Below are positions 28,019 through 38,580 of a stretch of 64,000 bases of DNA, in pieces (position 1 is the first letter of the stretch; every line of letters starts with the position of its first letter). Source of the stretch: a virus (Duplodnaviria; Caudoviricetes); IMG/VR virus record IMGVR_UViG_3300028833_000120, positions 20,978-84,977 of that record; one strand, 5' to 3'. The notes beneath the pieces were generated by a model. It worked only from the letters and a program-made list of their open reading frames with translations, searched no databases and was not told where the DNA came from. A program made the position numbers and the translations under genes.

Positions 28019-29308
28019 ATGGGTAACAATTTGTTTCAAAACGACAACATAGTAGGAAATTCATTAATCGGTTTCGAATTTAAAGCCATTTTCGATATGG
28101 ACGACAATTCATTAATTGAAAAATTAAAAAATGTTCTAAATAGGGAAATCTCGTTTTCAAATATAGAATACAAGTTACTTGAACCAACTAATAGTACGGC
28201 TATCTTAATGAAAGACGGACAATATTCTATTATAAAAACCGCCCTCTATAATTATTATGAGGCGGTTTATGTAATGCCTAAGATTTTAGAACTTCTTAAA
28301 GAAATAAAAGAAGTAAGAAACACATACATACATTTCGATATTGGTTTCAATGAAGATTTCTGTGAAGTAAAAAATTTAAATATTGTTAAATTTATTTTGG
28401 AATTAAATGAAGACAGTATTTTAAAAAATATCGGTGATGTTACACAAAATGGTGAATTTAAGAAACTTACAGACATTAAACCAACTTCATACAATGATTG
28501 TACAGATAAAGTTCAAAAACAGATAGAATCTCTCAAACAACTTGATGAAGATGATTCAATCTACGGAATAGACTTTTCAAAAGTAAATACCGGTATCATA
28601 ATATTTAAATATGCTGAGAATATAGATTACAGAAACAAATGGGAAGGTATTCTGAAATCATTAAACCATACAATATCCACACTATATAATTCTACAAAAT
28701 ACAACGAACTCACAGATGAGCAAGTAAAAAAGATAGACGATTGGAATGAGCAGTACGATGAGTATGAAAAATCATTCAGATGTTTTGAACTTTTCAACGA
28801 AAGATTCAAATCAATAAAAATAACGGTAGATTTGAACGACGATAAATCTGTTATTGATGTGATATTTCCATCAATAAAGGAAAAATTATTCGACATAGTT
28901 ATCTGCAACAACATCCGTACAGCAGAAATAAACTACGATTCGGATGTATCCAAATTACAAGTTAAAGATATAACTCTAAAAGGTTGTTACCATTTAAAAG
29001 ATGTAGATATAGTTGATAGTGAGATACAAAATTCAAACATCAGAAAATGTGACATCTATGATACAAAGATTACAAATAGCAATATCATAGAATGTAACTT
29101 ATTCGGATATGCAAACTGCAAAGACTCAAAATTCAAAAATTGTTTTATCAGTAGAAACATAGAATTAAAAGATTGTGAAGTTACTGGTAAACTAGGAAAA
29201 TTTGGTGGTACGATGAAAGGAGGTACCTTGAAAAACACAACGGTTTTGGTAGATAGTGCAGACATACACGATGATGTTGAAAAAATAAATGTAAACGAGA
29301 TAATGTAA
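28019..29308 (+). CDS. Late protein with an amidoligase-like N-terminus and beta-helix-like C-terminal repeats
   Basis: IGFEF and YIHFDIG, followed by short I-x-x-S/C-x-I repeats. CATAAATA upstream. Confidence 0.4.
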   Translation: MGNNLFQNDNIVGNSLIGFEFKAIFDMDDNSLIEKLKNVLNREISFSNIEYKLLEPTNSTAILMKDGQYSIIKTALYNYYEAVYVMPKILELLKEIKEVRNTYIHFDIGFNEDFCEVKNLNIVKFILELNEDSILKNIGDVTQNGEFKKLTDIKPTSYNDCTDKVQKQIESLKQLDEDDSIYGIDFSKVNTGIIIFKYAENIDYRNKWEGILKSLNHTISTLYNSTKYNELTDEQVKKIDDWNEQYDEYEKSFRCFELFNERFKSIKITVDLNDDKSVIDVIFPSIKEKLFDIVICNNIRTAEINYDSDVSKLQVKDITLKGCYHLKDVDIVDSEIQNSNIRKCDIYDTKITNSNIIECNLFGYANCKDSKFKNCFISRNIELKDCEVTGKLGKFGGTMKGGTLKNTTVLVDSADIHDDVEKINVNEIM

Positions 29309-29309
29309 T

Positions 29310-29669
29310 ATGTTGAAAGAAATATATGCAATTCCAAACGGAGAAACTCGATATAAAAAAGACGTGATGGAATTGACAAGTGAATTAGATGTGATAATAC
29401 AGCAAGTTGACCTTTTACTATTCACAAACAAAGGTGATGTGTTGATGATGCCGGAATTTGGTTGCAACCTTGAACAATATCTATTCGAGACATCATTCAA
29501 CGAATCTGTCATAAAGTCGATAATTATGAACCAGATAAATACTTTCATTTACCTTAAAGGAACATATACGGTCGATGTAGATGTCAGTTTCATTAAATGG
29601 GATTTCAATGTCGCCATGGTGGTAGATTTAACAATCAACAATAAAAAGGTAGCAAGCTATCTAATTTAA
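29310..29669 (+). CDS. Baseplate wedge subunit (gp25-like)
   Basis: LLLFTNKGDVLMMPEFGCNLEQYLFE, the gp25/GPW signature. Confidence 0.85.
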   Translation: MLKEIYAIPNGETRYKKDVMELTSELDVIIQQVDLLLFTNKGDVLMMPEFGCNLEQYLFETSFNESVIKSIIMNQINTFIYLKGTYTVDVDVSFIKWDFNVAMVVDLTINNKKVASYLI

Positions 29670-29743
29670 AACAAAAAGGGATATTTTTAATAAATATCCC
29701 TTTTTGTTTCATAAATATACTATATAATCAATTATAGAATTTT

Positions 29744-31519
29744 ATGTTCTTATCGAAAGCAAGACTTAAAGCGTCAGAACTCATTGAACAAGCAGTTACA
29801 TTTTTAGTTTCCAAATATGAACAAGCAGCCCACGTTTTCACACCGGCATCACCATTCGGACAATTGTTGATTGTGATATCAAATATGGCCGAACTTATTT
29901 TCACGTACATCACACACTCGGCAGAAGAGTTGAATATTTCAACTGCACAAAATGTAGAAAGTATTCACGGCCTTGCAAGACTTACCGGACACGATGCTTA
30001 TCGTGGTGCTTCTGCATATGGTGTAATGCAGATAAAATTGAATAATTCATCACTTGATTATATTAAAGGAAATTATTTGACAATTAATAATTTCACAAAG
30101 TTTTCAATAGCAGAAACAAGTGCAAATTATTTCATAAATCTTCCTAACGACTATATCCGTATTTCAAAATCTGAAGACAATTTTATAAATATAAACTATA
30201 TCCAAGGTGATATTGATTCCCAAACATTTATTTCAGACGGAACACCTCTCCAAACATTTAACCCAGTTGTAAAAAATATGACTGACAATGATAATGTTAC
30301 AGTCACAGTAAATGGTAAAGAATGGAGAAAAGTTGAGAGTCTATATGACATGCCCGCCGACGATGGATATAATGAAGATTGTGAATGTTTTATGGTCAAG
30401 TCATCTGTAAATGTAGGATTGACAATTATATTCGGAAACGGACATTTTGGAAAGATTCCAGAAAATGGTTCAAATATAGAAGTCACATATATCAAGACAG
30501 TTGGATATGCCGGTAATGCACATTCCGACAATCTCACATTTGAATTTACAGACACGGGTATAGACGAGATGGGGAACGAAGTAGATTTGAATGAAGTACT
30601 CTTGATAAAAAGTGTGACACCACCGACGATGGGTTGTGACTATGAAGACCCAGAATTTACAAAACTTATTGCTCCAAAGACAAGTAAGTCATTCGTTCTA
30701 GCAACACCAGAAAACTATGTCAGTTTTCTTTCAAAATATAATCAATTCTCATTCATAGATGCTTATAACACAAAGGATGATGGAAACCTTGAAGATGATA
30801 ATATTGTTTATTTGAGACTTATTCCCAACATTAAAAAGAAACTATCTTCAACAGAAGACTATTTTCAACTTCCGGAAAAGGAATACTTCTTAACGGATGA
30901 TGAAAAATCAGCGGTTATACAAGCAATCGAAGACTCAGGTCAAATGTTGATTTCATCTGAGGTTTATATCGTAGACCCGGTTATTAAAAGATTTGCAATC
31001 AATGTAATTATCAGATATTTCGAAAATGCAAACAAAACTGCAATAAGAACCGACATCAGAAACATTTTCGGAAAGTATTTCTTGAATATAAACAGAAGAG
31101 ACATCATACCTTTGTCGGATTTGATTTCTATTGTAGAAGGTGTTGAAGGAGTCGATACATGTGATGTTTTCTTCACAACAGAGGAAAACGAGAATGCCAT
31201 CAAATACGGATACTACACAACAACCAAGCAAAGATGGAATAACTACACACTAAGATACGAAAGTGTCGATACAAGAATATATGTGAATACAGGTGAAGAC
31301 CCACAGGTAGGATTCGACAGTTTCGGAAACATAATAGTACCAGAAAACTGCATCTACATACCAAAAGGTGGTTGGAGAGACAGAAACGGTAACTACTACA
31401 CCGAAACACCGGAAACCGGAAAACTTGGTCCGTTGAACATATTCTTCACAGATGAAGTTGATGACACCATATATAATCAGACAATGCAAAAAAGATTTGC
31501 AAAATTATTGAACAAGTAA
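29744..31519 (+). CDS. Baseplate wedge protein (gp6/baseplate J-like)
   Basis: ISTAQ...SIHGLARLTG, IFGNGHFGKIP...IEVTY. Follows gp25. Confidence 0.8.
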   Translation: MFLSKARLKASELIEQAVTFLVSKYEQAAHVFTPASPFGQLLIVISNMAELIFTYITHSAEELNISTAQNVESIHGLARLTGHDAYRGASAYGVMQIKLNNSSLDYIKGNYLTINNFTKFSIAETSANYFINLPNDYIRISKSEDNFININYIQGDIDSQTFISDGTPLQTFNPVVKNMTDNDNVTVTVNGKEWRKVESLYDMPADDGYNEDCECFMVKSSVNVGLTIIFGNGHFGKIPENGSNIEVTYIKTVGYAGNAHSDNLTFEFTDTGIDEMGNEVDLNEVLLIKSVTPPTMGCDYEDPEFTKLIAPKTSKSFVLATPENYVSFLSKYNQFSFIDAYNTKDDGNLEDDNIVYLRLIPNIKKKLSSTEDYFQLPEKEYFLTDDEKSAVIQAIEDSGQMLISSEVYIVDPVIKRFAINVIIRYFENANKTAIRTDIRNIFGKYFLNINRRDIIPLSDLISIVEGVEGVDTCDVFFTTEENENAIKYGYYTTTKQRWNNYTLRYESVDTRIYVNTGEDPQVGFDSFGNIIVPENCIYIPKGGWRDRNGNYYTETPETGKLGPLNIFFTDEVDDTIYNQTMQKRFAKLLNK

Positions 31520-31520
31520 T

Positions 31521-31805
31521 ATGGATACAAGTAAGAACACAGATATAAACATTCTGAAATACAAAGGGTTTGATTCTATTTACGACCAAATTAATACAAG
31601 TAGATGGAAACTCAAAAACCTTGGATACAAATATGAAGACACACTCTTTGAGGACAATACGAGTAAGTATCTCCAAAGAAACACAATGATGGTAAGTATG
31701 TTTAAACATCTCAACAAAATAATGTCACATTTAATTAACAGTGTTAAATATTTGAGAAACTATAACAACTACGCCGTACCAAAAGATTATAAATTTATAA
31801 ACTAA
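31521..31805 (+). CDS. Small baseplate-region protein
   Basis: Tightly coupled ORF between baseplate genes. Confidence 0.55.
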   Translation: MDTSKNTDINILKYKGFDSIYDQINTSRWKLKNLGYKYEDTLFEDNTSKYLQRNTMMVSMFKHLNKIMSHLINSVKYLRNYNNYAVPKDYKFIN

Positions 31806-34642
31806 TGAATATAAAAAATTTAGTATTTTTCGACAATAGTGGATACAATTTGAACTTTGAGTGGAATAATTCACTAAAATTATGGGAAGGAAATATTTAT
31901 TTTCCAAAAGTGAGTGTTGGTCTATATGCAAATACCAACATATACATCATGGAAAAATTCACTGAAGGGTCTGGTTCAGACATTGAAGAGTATTACTATT
32001 TTCCACAAAAAGATGAGTCCGGCAACACTCTGACATTTTCGTGGGATATACTGAATACGTTTGTCGATGAATTTTTTATGTTCGATTTCGACACGACATA
32101 CTATGCCTTACACGACTATGAAACTTCGGCTTTAGAATATACACCAAACAACGGTCCGGAACTCGAGACATTGATTGTAAAAACATTTGACAAGTATGAA
32201 GTGGAGTTAGACGACAATCTTTCAACAAAGGCTCTACCTTTACATATTGCATTCTCATCGCCAGCCAAATTTGATGCAACAACATTCAAAAGAACATTGG
32301 ATATTTCTTATGGTTCAAGAAAAATTGCAAGAATAACATTTTTTGCTGAAACCGTAGAGGAAGACGAGCGTCTTAAAGTACTAAACAAAAACTTAGGGTA
32401 CAATATCAAACCGGAAGATACAATAATCTTTAAAGATGCAGATATCAAAGAAATTTATCCAGACTATAAGTTATTGAATGAAAAAAGAAAAGAACTTATG
32501 ATAGAGGGTCATAACATTTACCCGTATATAGGTTCATATAAAGCAATCATAAACGTAATCAAATATTTCGGTTATGAGAACTTGAATATAATAGAATATT
32601 GGAGAAACGTTGATTTCCAGAGTGAAAACTTCGGTAAGATATTTGCAACGTCAAAATACAAACTCACGAACAAAGAAACTATAAACGTGAGTGGTAAAAT
32701 TATACCCATACCAAACAAAAATTACAGGAAACTCAACAATATATCGCTTGTTTACACTATAAACCATCCGACAAAAGAGTTCGACCATCTTGAACTTCCA
32801 CTTGTTAAAGAAGATTTCGACTTTACTATGGAAGAGGTGTTAATTAAACTTTTCGCCCTCCGTAGAAAATTGAATGCCGAATTTATGCCATCATCATCAA
32901 GAATCGTCAACATTATCGGAGAAGGTTATTATTTTGGACTGGAAGATGTTATAAACAATGCCGTTACACCGGATGATGAGAAAACGTTTGAAAAGAAAAG
33001 ACTGCATCATCCAAGTATATCTATTTTCCCAAGCACTAAAATATTCACACCAAAAACCAAAGAGGTTGATTTTGTAGATTCTTATTCTTATGTTGAAGAC
33101 TTGACTGAGAACTTACCGGATGGGTTTGAATTTCACACATGTACAACACATATAACGGACAACAGACAATTCAGACAATATGCAATAGAACAATACTATG
33201 ATGTTGAAATAGAACCAAATTTCTATAAAATAAATTTGGAAACTCCAATATCAAATGTAAGTGATGTCCCAATCGAATTGGCAGAAGAAGAATATCTAGG
33301 TGGAGATTCTGATTTAGACGTATTGAATAATATATATTCATTTGAAAAAATACCTCTCGTCAATGACATATCGGACGATGAAAGTGATAGTGGATACTAC
33401 AAGAAAGGACTCACAGACTATTATGAAGAATACTACAACAAAGTAATGTCTGGAGAACTTCCAGAGATAGAGTTTGAACCAAATTTTCACAAGGATGAAA
33501 TGGATATAAAACCATCGGCAAAAGTCATCCTCGAAAACACATCATTCGATACGGTTAAATTCAGACAAATTTTGGACACATTCGGTGACTCTGATTTAAA
33601 CGGAATGACATTCGGAAACATAGACACCACATATTATGGGTTTGAAGAAATAAGATGGGTTGTAAAAACATCCGAAAACCAAGATGACGAGGATTTGAAA
33701 AAGATTGGTGAGGATTCCACATTTGAAGCACGTGATTTCACATACGACACCGATTTTCAAAGTATATATGATTTCAGAAAGATACTAGTTGAACTTCCAT
33801 TTGTTGGATATTATGATGTAGAAATGACATTCAAAAATGATGATGGGACTGTAAAATATACTTTCGAGAAAGCTATAAAGGTCGAACCATACAATCTTGA
33901 CATACGTGGTTTTTACTATGATGCAAGAAGTCTTCCGGAAGATTTACAATATGATTTTAAATCTTATGACATAGAAGTGGTTGATGGTAGTGACAGTGAT
34001 ACTACAAACGACTATATCGACTTCATCCATAGAAGACTAACCGACATGTCGAACTTTGCACTCAATGAAAGACTTTATGAGACAGACAGAGATAAATCGA
34101 TGCCATTGTATGGTATAGATGACGATGGTTTAAGATACACCATCAATTCTGGACCATATGGGGGTAGTTATATAAATGAAAGTTGGTATCTACTAGACAA
34201 TCTAAATTATGATATAACTTCACTTAATCCTGAATTAAATATTGAAAGTGCTAGATATATTAAAAATGCAGTGGATGTAAAACCATACACATGGTTCCTG
34301 TTAGGGTTTGATGAGTCAAAGATAACAAGTGTTGTCAATCCAAAATGGAAACTTACAAATCTCACAAGGGGAGAATCCGTTGAACATGAAGGAAGATACT
34401 TTACACTTCTTTTGAAAAAGGAAGGTGACTATATGATTGAACTCTCATTGGAAGATACTAACGGTAATAAATATAGTACAAAGAGAAATATCATCATAGT
34501 CGATAAAGATGCAAACTATAAGTTATACAAGTTATTCAAAGAAGACTACGATGCATCCGTAAAAGAAAACGAACAAAGAGATGCAATGTTTTATCAGAAT
34601 CTTGCACGACTGAGTACATCAATGACAATAGACAATGAATAA
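31805..34642 (+). CDS. Large baseplate wedge protein (gp7-like) with Ig/PKD-like domains
   Basis: YIGSYKAIINVIKYFGY tail-P2_I-like motif, plus GYYDVEMT and GDYMIELSLED. Confidence 0.55.
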   Translation: MNIKNLVFFDNSGYNLNFEWNNSLKLWEGNIYFPKVSVGLYANTNIYIMEKFTEGSGSDIEEYYYFPQKDESGNTLTFSWDILNTFVDEFFMFDFDTTYYALHDYETSALEYTPNNGPELETLIVKTFDKYEVELDDNLSTKALPLHIAFSSPAKFDATTFKRTLDISYGSRKIARITFFAETVEEDERLKVLNKNLGYNIKPEDTIIFKDADIKEIYPDYKLLNEKRKELMIEGHNIYPYIGSYKAIINVIKYFGYENLNIIEYWRNVDFQSENFGKIFATSKYKLTNKETINVSGKIIPIPNKNYRKLNNISLVYTINHPTKEFDHLELPLVKEDFDFTMEEVLIKLFALRRKLNAEFMPSSSRIVNIIGEGYYFGLEDVINNAVTPDDEKTFEKKRLHHPSISIFPSTKIFTPKTKEVDFVDSYSYVEDLTENLPDGFEFHTCTTHITDNRQFRQYAIEQYYDVEIEPNFYKINLETPISNVSDVPIELAEEEYLGGDSDLDVLNNIYSFEKIPLVNDISDDESDSGYYKKGLTDYYEEYYNKVMSGELPEIEFEPNFHKDEMDIKPSAKVILENTSFDTVKFRQILDTFGDSDLNGMTFGNIDTTYYGFEEIRWVVKTSENQDDEDLKKIGEDSTFEARDFTYDTDFQSIYDFRKILVELPFVGYYDVEMTFKNDDGTVKYTFEKAIKVEPYNLDIRGFYYDARSLPEDLQYDFKSYDIEVVDGSDSDTTNDYIDFIHRRLTDMSNFALNERLYETDRDKSMPLYGIDDDGLRYTINSGPYGGSYINESWYLLDNLNYDITSLNPELNIESARYIKNAVDVKPYTWFLLGFDESKITSVVNPKWKLTNLTRGESVEHEGRYFTLLLKKEGDYMIELSLEDTNGNKYSTKRNIIIVDKDANYKLYKLFKEDYDASVKENEQRDAMFYQNLARLSTSMTIDNE

Positions 34643-35297
34643 AATAAACAAAATAAAAAAAAATATGGAAGATATTATTTTTAATAAAAGAGACGATGAA
34701 ACACCAGTTTTAGTAACAGAACCTGAGACAACAGAAATAGTTCCATCAGTTGAACCGAATGACATTGTGATTCCAGAATCACCAGAATGTCGTGAAGGTG
34801 TACCTTGTGATTGCCCAACTTGTGACACTCCAACTTGTGATTGCCCAACTTGTGATTGTAACACGGAAAACATCCCAACTGAAAATTTAACCATTGGTGA
34901 ATTTTTCGGAACACTTATAGAAAGTATTCCAATTACATGGAAATACCATCTCAAATCAAGGAAACATTCTACACATGTTATTCTTGAAGAATATTATGAA
35001 GATGCACAAGAAATAATCGACAGAATCATTGAGAGTTACCAAGGTAAATTCAATATGGTAATATTTGAATATGGTAACCGTATATTCGACGATGAAAAAG
35101 AAGATATACTATATCTGTCAGAACTTAGAGATTTTATACAGAATGGTAGAGATATGTTTGATGAAATTGTATCGTCATCTGAAATAATGTCTGAGATTGA
35201 CACACTTTTAAGTTTGCTTGATTCAACATTATACAAACTAAAAAATCTCACAGAGTCAAAAAAACCATTCAAAACATTTGAAGAGTTTATAAAATAA
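34635..35297 (+). CDS. Dps/ferritin-like four-helix protein (DUF5856-like) with a Cys-rich linker
   Basis: WKYHLKS...HVILEEYYE...DRIIESYQG, CDCPTCDTPTCDCPTCDC and C-terminal FKTFEEFIK. Confidence 0.6.
   Translation: MNKINKIKKNMEDIIFNKRDDETPVLVTEPETTEIVPSVEPNDIVIPESPECREGVPCDCPTCDTPTCDCPTCDCNTENIPTENLTIGEFFGTLIESIPITWKYHLKSRKHSTHVILEEYYEDAQEIIDRIIESYQGKFNMVIFEYGNRIFDDEKEDILYLSELRDFIQNGRDMFDEIVSSSEIMSEIDTLLSLLDSTLYKLKNLTESKKPFKTFEEFIK
34806..34859 (+). repeat. 15-bp tandem repeats encoding CDCPT
   Basis: tgtgattgcccaact / tgtgacactccaact / tgtgattgcccaact / tgtgattgt. Confidence 0.8.
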
Positions 35298-35330
35298 AAA
35301 AAAAAAGAATCCCATTGGGATTCTTTTTTT
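35296..35330. terminator. Bidirectional terminator
   Basis: aaaaaagaatccca-t-tgggattcttttttt. Confidence 0.75.
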
Positions 35331-35895
35331 ATACTCTTGATGGTTCCATTTCTATGTTTATCTTGTTAGCCGCCCAACTTGTAGTGATAATTTTCTGGTC
35401 TATTGTATTGGAACTGAAATCAAATTCAAGACCGGAAACACCAGTAAAAAGTAAATCGACAAAACTTATTCTATACAACACTTTATGATTACAGTCAAGT
35501 ATTTCCATACCGGGTGGTTTTGGAAGATATTTATCCTTAATTTCGTAATAGTATATAAACAAATCACATAAAATACTCCAGATAATATACGATTGGTCTA
35601 ATTCAAATGTTATCGTCATCTCTTTCCTGAATAGATAGTCTGGATATGCATCAGAACGTGAAATTCTTCCGTATGGAGTTCCGGAATCTACTTGAAGAAT
35701 AGGTTCATAATTCTGTGGATTGACTTGAAGTTCAACTGACTTAATTTGAAGATTGATGAAATCTATGACAGTATCACACATAATACCTGGTATCCTTTTC
35801 AGAACAGGTCTATATTTCTCTTCAATCTCATCCGGTACAAAAACCTTTGGAAAATGAAACCTAAAATTATTATTTTTTCCAGATAAAAATGCCAT
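35329..35895 (-). CDS. Tail tube-fold protein (gp3/gp19-like)
   Basis: MTITFELD...EILD...ISFVDLLFTGVSGLEFD. CATAAATA upstream. Confidence 0.55.
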   Translation of the reverse strand: MAFLSGKNNNFRFHFPKVFVPDEIEEKYRPVLKRIPGIMCDTVIDFINLQIKSVELQVNPQNYEPILQVDSGTPYGRISRSDAYPDYLFRKEMTITFELDQSYIIWSILCDLFIYYYEIKDKYLPKPPGMEILDCNHKVLYRISFVDLLFTGVSGLEFDFSSNTIDQKIITTSWAANKINIEMEPSRV

Positions 35896-35986
35896 CTTTA
35901 ATATCTAATTTTAATATATTTATGAGATATAAAAAGGGTGTGGAATATTTCCACACCCTTGAAACAAAACAAGAAAGAGTACTCTT

Positions 35987-37168
35987 TTAATCCGTAATAA
36001 TCCTAACCGTCTTTTTCACGGTATCGACATTCGATACACCGAAATGTACTTCCTTACCAATCTCAACGTTGTTCATATCGACAACCTTTCTTGACAAGAA
36101 GAATGTAATATTATTGAAATTTGGAGCAGACACCACGACACCATTATCAAATGTATTCTTGATGACACCGGTAAGGACATACTTATTATCCTTATCGACA
36201 GTTTCCTTCAAATTGTTCCAACCCTCACTCTTACTGTTTGTCTGGGTTATAGTAATCCTGTCGTTAACAACACTCTCGACATAGAACTTAATCGATTCAC
36301 CAACTTTGATTTCACCATTCTTGAATTTATTCTCAGTCTCTTCATTCATCTCACTTACAGACAAAAGTGTAGGAACACATTCGTCGATGAGGATGAATAC
36401 ACCGAAAGGTTTGATGGATGAAACAATACCTTCTATAAGGGATGCCTTATCTGCATTTTCAAGATTATAAAGTACATCATCTTTTTTAGTATTCAAGAAC
36501 TCCTTGTGTGATACGACAATACTATCTTTCACTTTAGCAACAGGCATAACATACATTGACTTACCAATCAAAGTGTTATAATCTTCGAGAGGTACAACAT
36601 CCGATTCACTTCCTGGCATGAAACATTTCAAACCACTAACATCGACAATGAATCCATTGAACACTTTGGAAGAATTGAACACAATATCCTTGACAACACC
36701 GACATATGCTGAAGTTGGTGTTTCAATCTGCTTAATTAGTTCAATACGAAGTCTTTCCAACTGAGCACTCTTGGAAGCTGCATCGGCGATAATCTTACCA
36801 TCCTGTTTGGTTACTACAACTTCAATAGGTTTACCAATCTCCATCTCATCCTTGATGGAAGATGTGTTCTTTGACGAAAGGTCAATTGTCGTAGAATGTT
36901 TTTTGGAAAGTGAAATGTCTGCAACATTGTCGTTAAATGAATTTACGACACCTGTACAAATACCCTTGTATGAAGAATTGTCATAAGATGAAATCACCTT
37001 AATATCATCTGAGTTAAATGAAGCATCATACATCTTCATCAAATCCAACACATACGGTTCTTTACAAAGGATTTTTTGATGTCCGTTGATTGGGACAACC
37101 ACTTTCTTGGATTCAAGTGGATTTTCCGGATTTATAATTTCAATCGTTTGAGTCTTTATTTTACTCAT
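35987..37168 (-). CDS. Ribosomal protein S1-like protein (multiple S1/OB domains)
   Basis: GFIVDVSGLKCFMPGSE, EGIVSSIKPFGVFI and GVIKNTFDNGVVV repeats. Confidence 0.75.
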   Translation of the reverse strand: MSKIKTQTIEIINPENPLESKKVVVPINGHQKILCKEPYVLDLMKMYDASFNSDDIKVISSYDNSSYKGICTGVVNSFNDNVADISLSKKHSTTIDLSSKNTSSIKDEMEIGKPIEVVVTKQDGKIIADAASKSAQLERLRIELIKQIETPTSAYVGVVKDIVFNSSKVFNGFIVDVSGLKCFMPGSESDVVPLEDYNTLIGKSMYVMPVAKVKDSIVVSHKEFLNTKKDDVLYNLENADKASLIEGIVSSIKPFGVFILIDECVPTLLSVSEMNEETENKFKNGEIKVGESIKFYVESVVNDRITITQTNSKSEGWNNLKETVDKDNKYVLTGVIKNTFDNGVVVSAPNFNNITFFLSRKVVDMNNVEIGKEVHFGVSNVDTVKKTVRIITD

Positions 37169-37183
37169 CTAAAAAAATTTTAT

Positions 37184-37197
37184 GTGTCTTTCGACAC
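37184..37197 (-). promoter_or_regulatory. 5'-UTR GAAA-tetraloop hairpin upstream of the S1-like gene
   Basis: GUGUC-GAAA-GACAC, 15 nt before the ATG and downstream of CATAAATA. Confidence 0.55.
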
Positions 37198-37267
37198 TGG
37201 TTAAACACTACAAGTTATTTATGATTGGTGTGTTTTGGTTTTAAACACACCAATCACATAATTAAAG

Positions 37268-38050
37268 TTAAGCAGAAACCTCTTCCTTTGTAGTCATTTC
37301 TTCTGGAATATCATTCTCACTCTGAGAAAACTCAGTATCAATATTCTGCAAATACTTTGCATACTCACGAGCAGTCTCATATTCATTCTGAATCTGACGG
37401 ACGGTTTCACCGATGTTCTTACCACAGTTTGCCCAGCAAGAAAGGAACTCCTTGGCGGTATTCCAACCCTTACCCTCAATCTTGTTCAACATGAAATCTT
37501 GAAGTGCAAGTACGTTACCTGAACGTAACATAATAATACCATCAAAATCCTTTGAACGGACGAAACCACGATTCTCTTCGAGATTCTTTGTAAGTGTCAT
37601 AAGTGCAGGAGCCGTCTTGGAAGTCCACACCATAGAATGGTTGCAGAAGTCAAGAAGTTGATTGAACGTCCTACTGTTAACAATATTAATATGATACTCA
37701 CGAGACACTTGTGCTGTTCTTTCATTGTCAAACAACTCGGTTGCTGCATCAAGATATGGTTTCAACTCAGACTGTTTAAAAGACAAAGATGCAATCTCAT
37801 CCTCAAGTTTCTTCAGTTCAGAATCAGCGATTTCAACAACACCTTTCTTTGCTTCAAACTGTTTAGATGTTTCACCATAAAGAGTCTTTATACTCTCAAG
37901 GTCTTTAAGATGAACATCGAACTCACTTTGTTTTGTTTCGAGTTCTCTTCTTTTCTGATTAAGAGTCTCGATTCGATTAGAAACCTCTTCTATTTGTTCC
38001 TTAGTAATTTTTTCGACCTCTGTCGTTTCTGTTTTGATTTCTTCACTCAT
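37268..38050 (-). CDS. Coiled-coil hypothetical protein
   Basis: Heptad-rich N-terminal half. TTGTTATATTTA upstream. Confidence 0.65.
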   Translation of the reverse strand: MSEEIKTETTEVEKITKEQIEEVSNRIETLNQKRRELETKQSEFDVHLKDLESIKTLYGETSKQFEAKKGVVEIADSELKKLEDEIASLSFKQSELKPYLDAATELFDNERTAQVSREYHINIVNSRTFNQLLDFCNHSMVWTSKTAPALMTLTKNLEENRGFVRSKDFDGIIMLRSGNVLALQDFMLNKIEGKGWNTAKEFLSCWANCGKNIGETVRQIQNEYETAREYAKYLQNIDTEFSQSENDIPEEMTTKEEVSA

Positions 38051-38096
38051 AGTTTAAAATATTAAAAAATTCTATATTAAATATAACAAAAAATTA

Positions 38097-38333
38097 TTAC
38101 TTTTCTTTTAAAGATTTTACCAATTCATCCAAAGTTTTGTATAAATCACCAGGATGATAATCTGCATAACCGCCTAATTTGTAAGTTTCCTCTTCTATAA
38201 TTCCACCATCAAGAAAAAATCCTTTCGATTTCTCCTTCGTAAATAATATAGATTCTATTCTCTCTTTTCTAATTTTATTGTCAAAAAGAAAATAAACGAT
38301 ATCACCTAAATTAAAAGTCGTATTATATGTCAT
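38097..38333 (-). CDS. Small hypothetical protein (paralogue-like of the next ORF)
   Basis: TFNLGDIVYFLFDN...LYKTLDELVKSL. Confidence 0.6.
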   Translation of the reverse strand: MTYNTTFNLGDIVYFLFDNKIRKERIESILFTKEKSKGFFLDGGIIEEETYKLGGYADYHPGDLYKTLDELVKSLKEK

Positions 38334-38578
38334 AATTCTTTAAAAATTTTTTTTATCAAAGAGTTAATAAGTTCATCTTTTGTATCAAACACATCTTTAT
38401 CATACACCTCTATGTTATACTCATAACCACACCTAATACCTATATATTTTACAGAGAGTCTACTAGTAGATTGTAACGTAGCATATACTTCTATTTTTTT
38501 AATGAGTATCTCCACTGGCATATTATTAACCATACACCAACATTTATCACCAATATCGTATTTTGTACTTATTTCCAT
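38330..38578 (-). CDS. Small hypothetical protein
   Basis: KYDIGDKCWCMVNN...VFDTKDELINSL. ATGA overlap with the next gene. Confidence 0.6.
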   Translation of the reverse strand: MEISTKYDIGDKCWCMVNNMPVEILIKKIEVYATLQSTSRLSVKYIGIRCGYEYNIEVYDKDVFDTKDELINSLIKKIFKEL

Positions 38579-38580
38579 GA

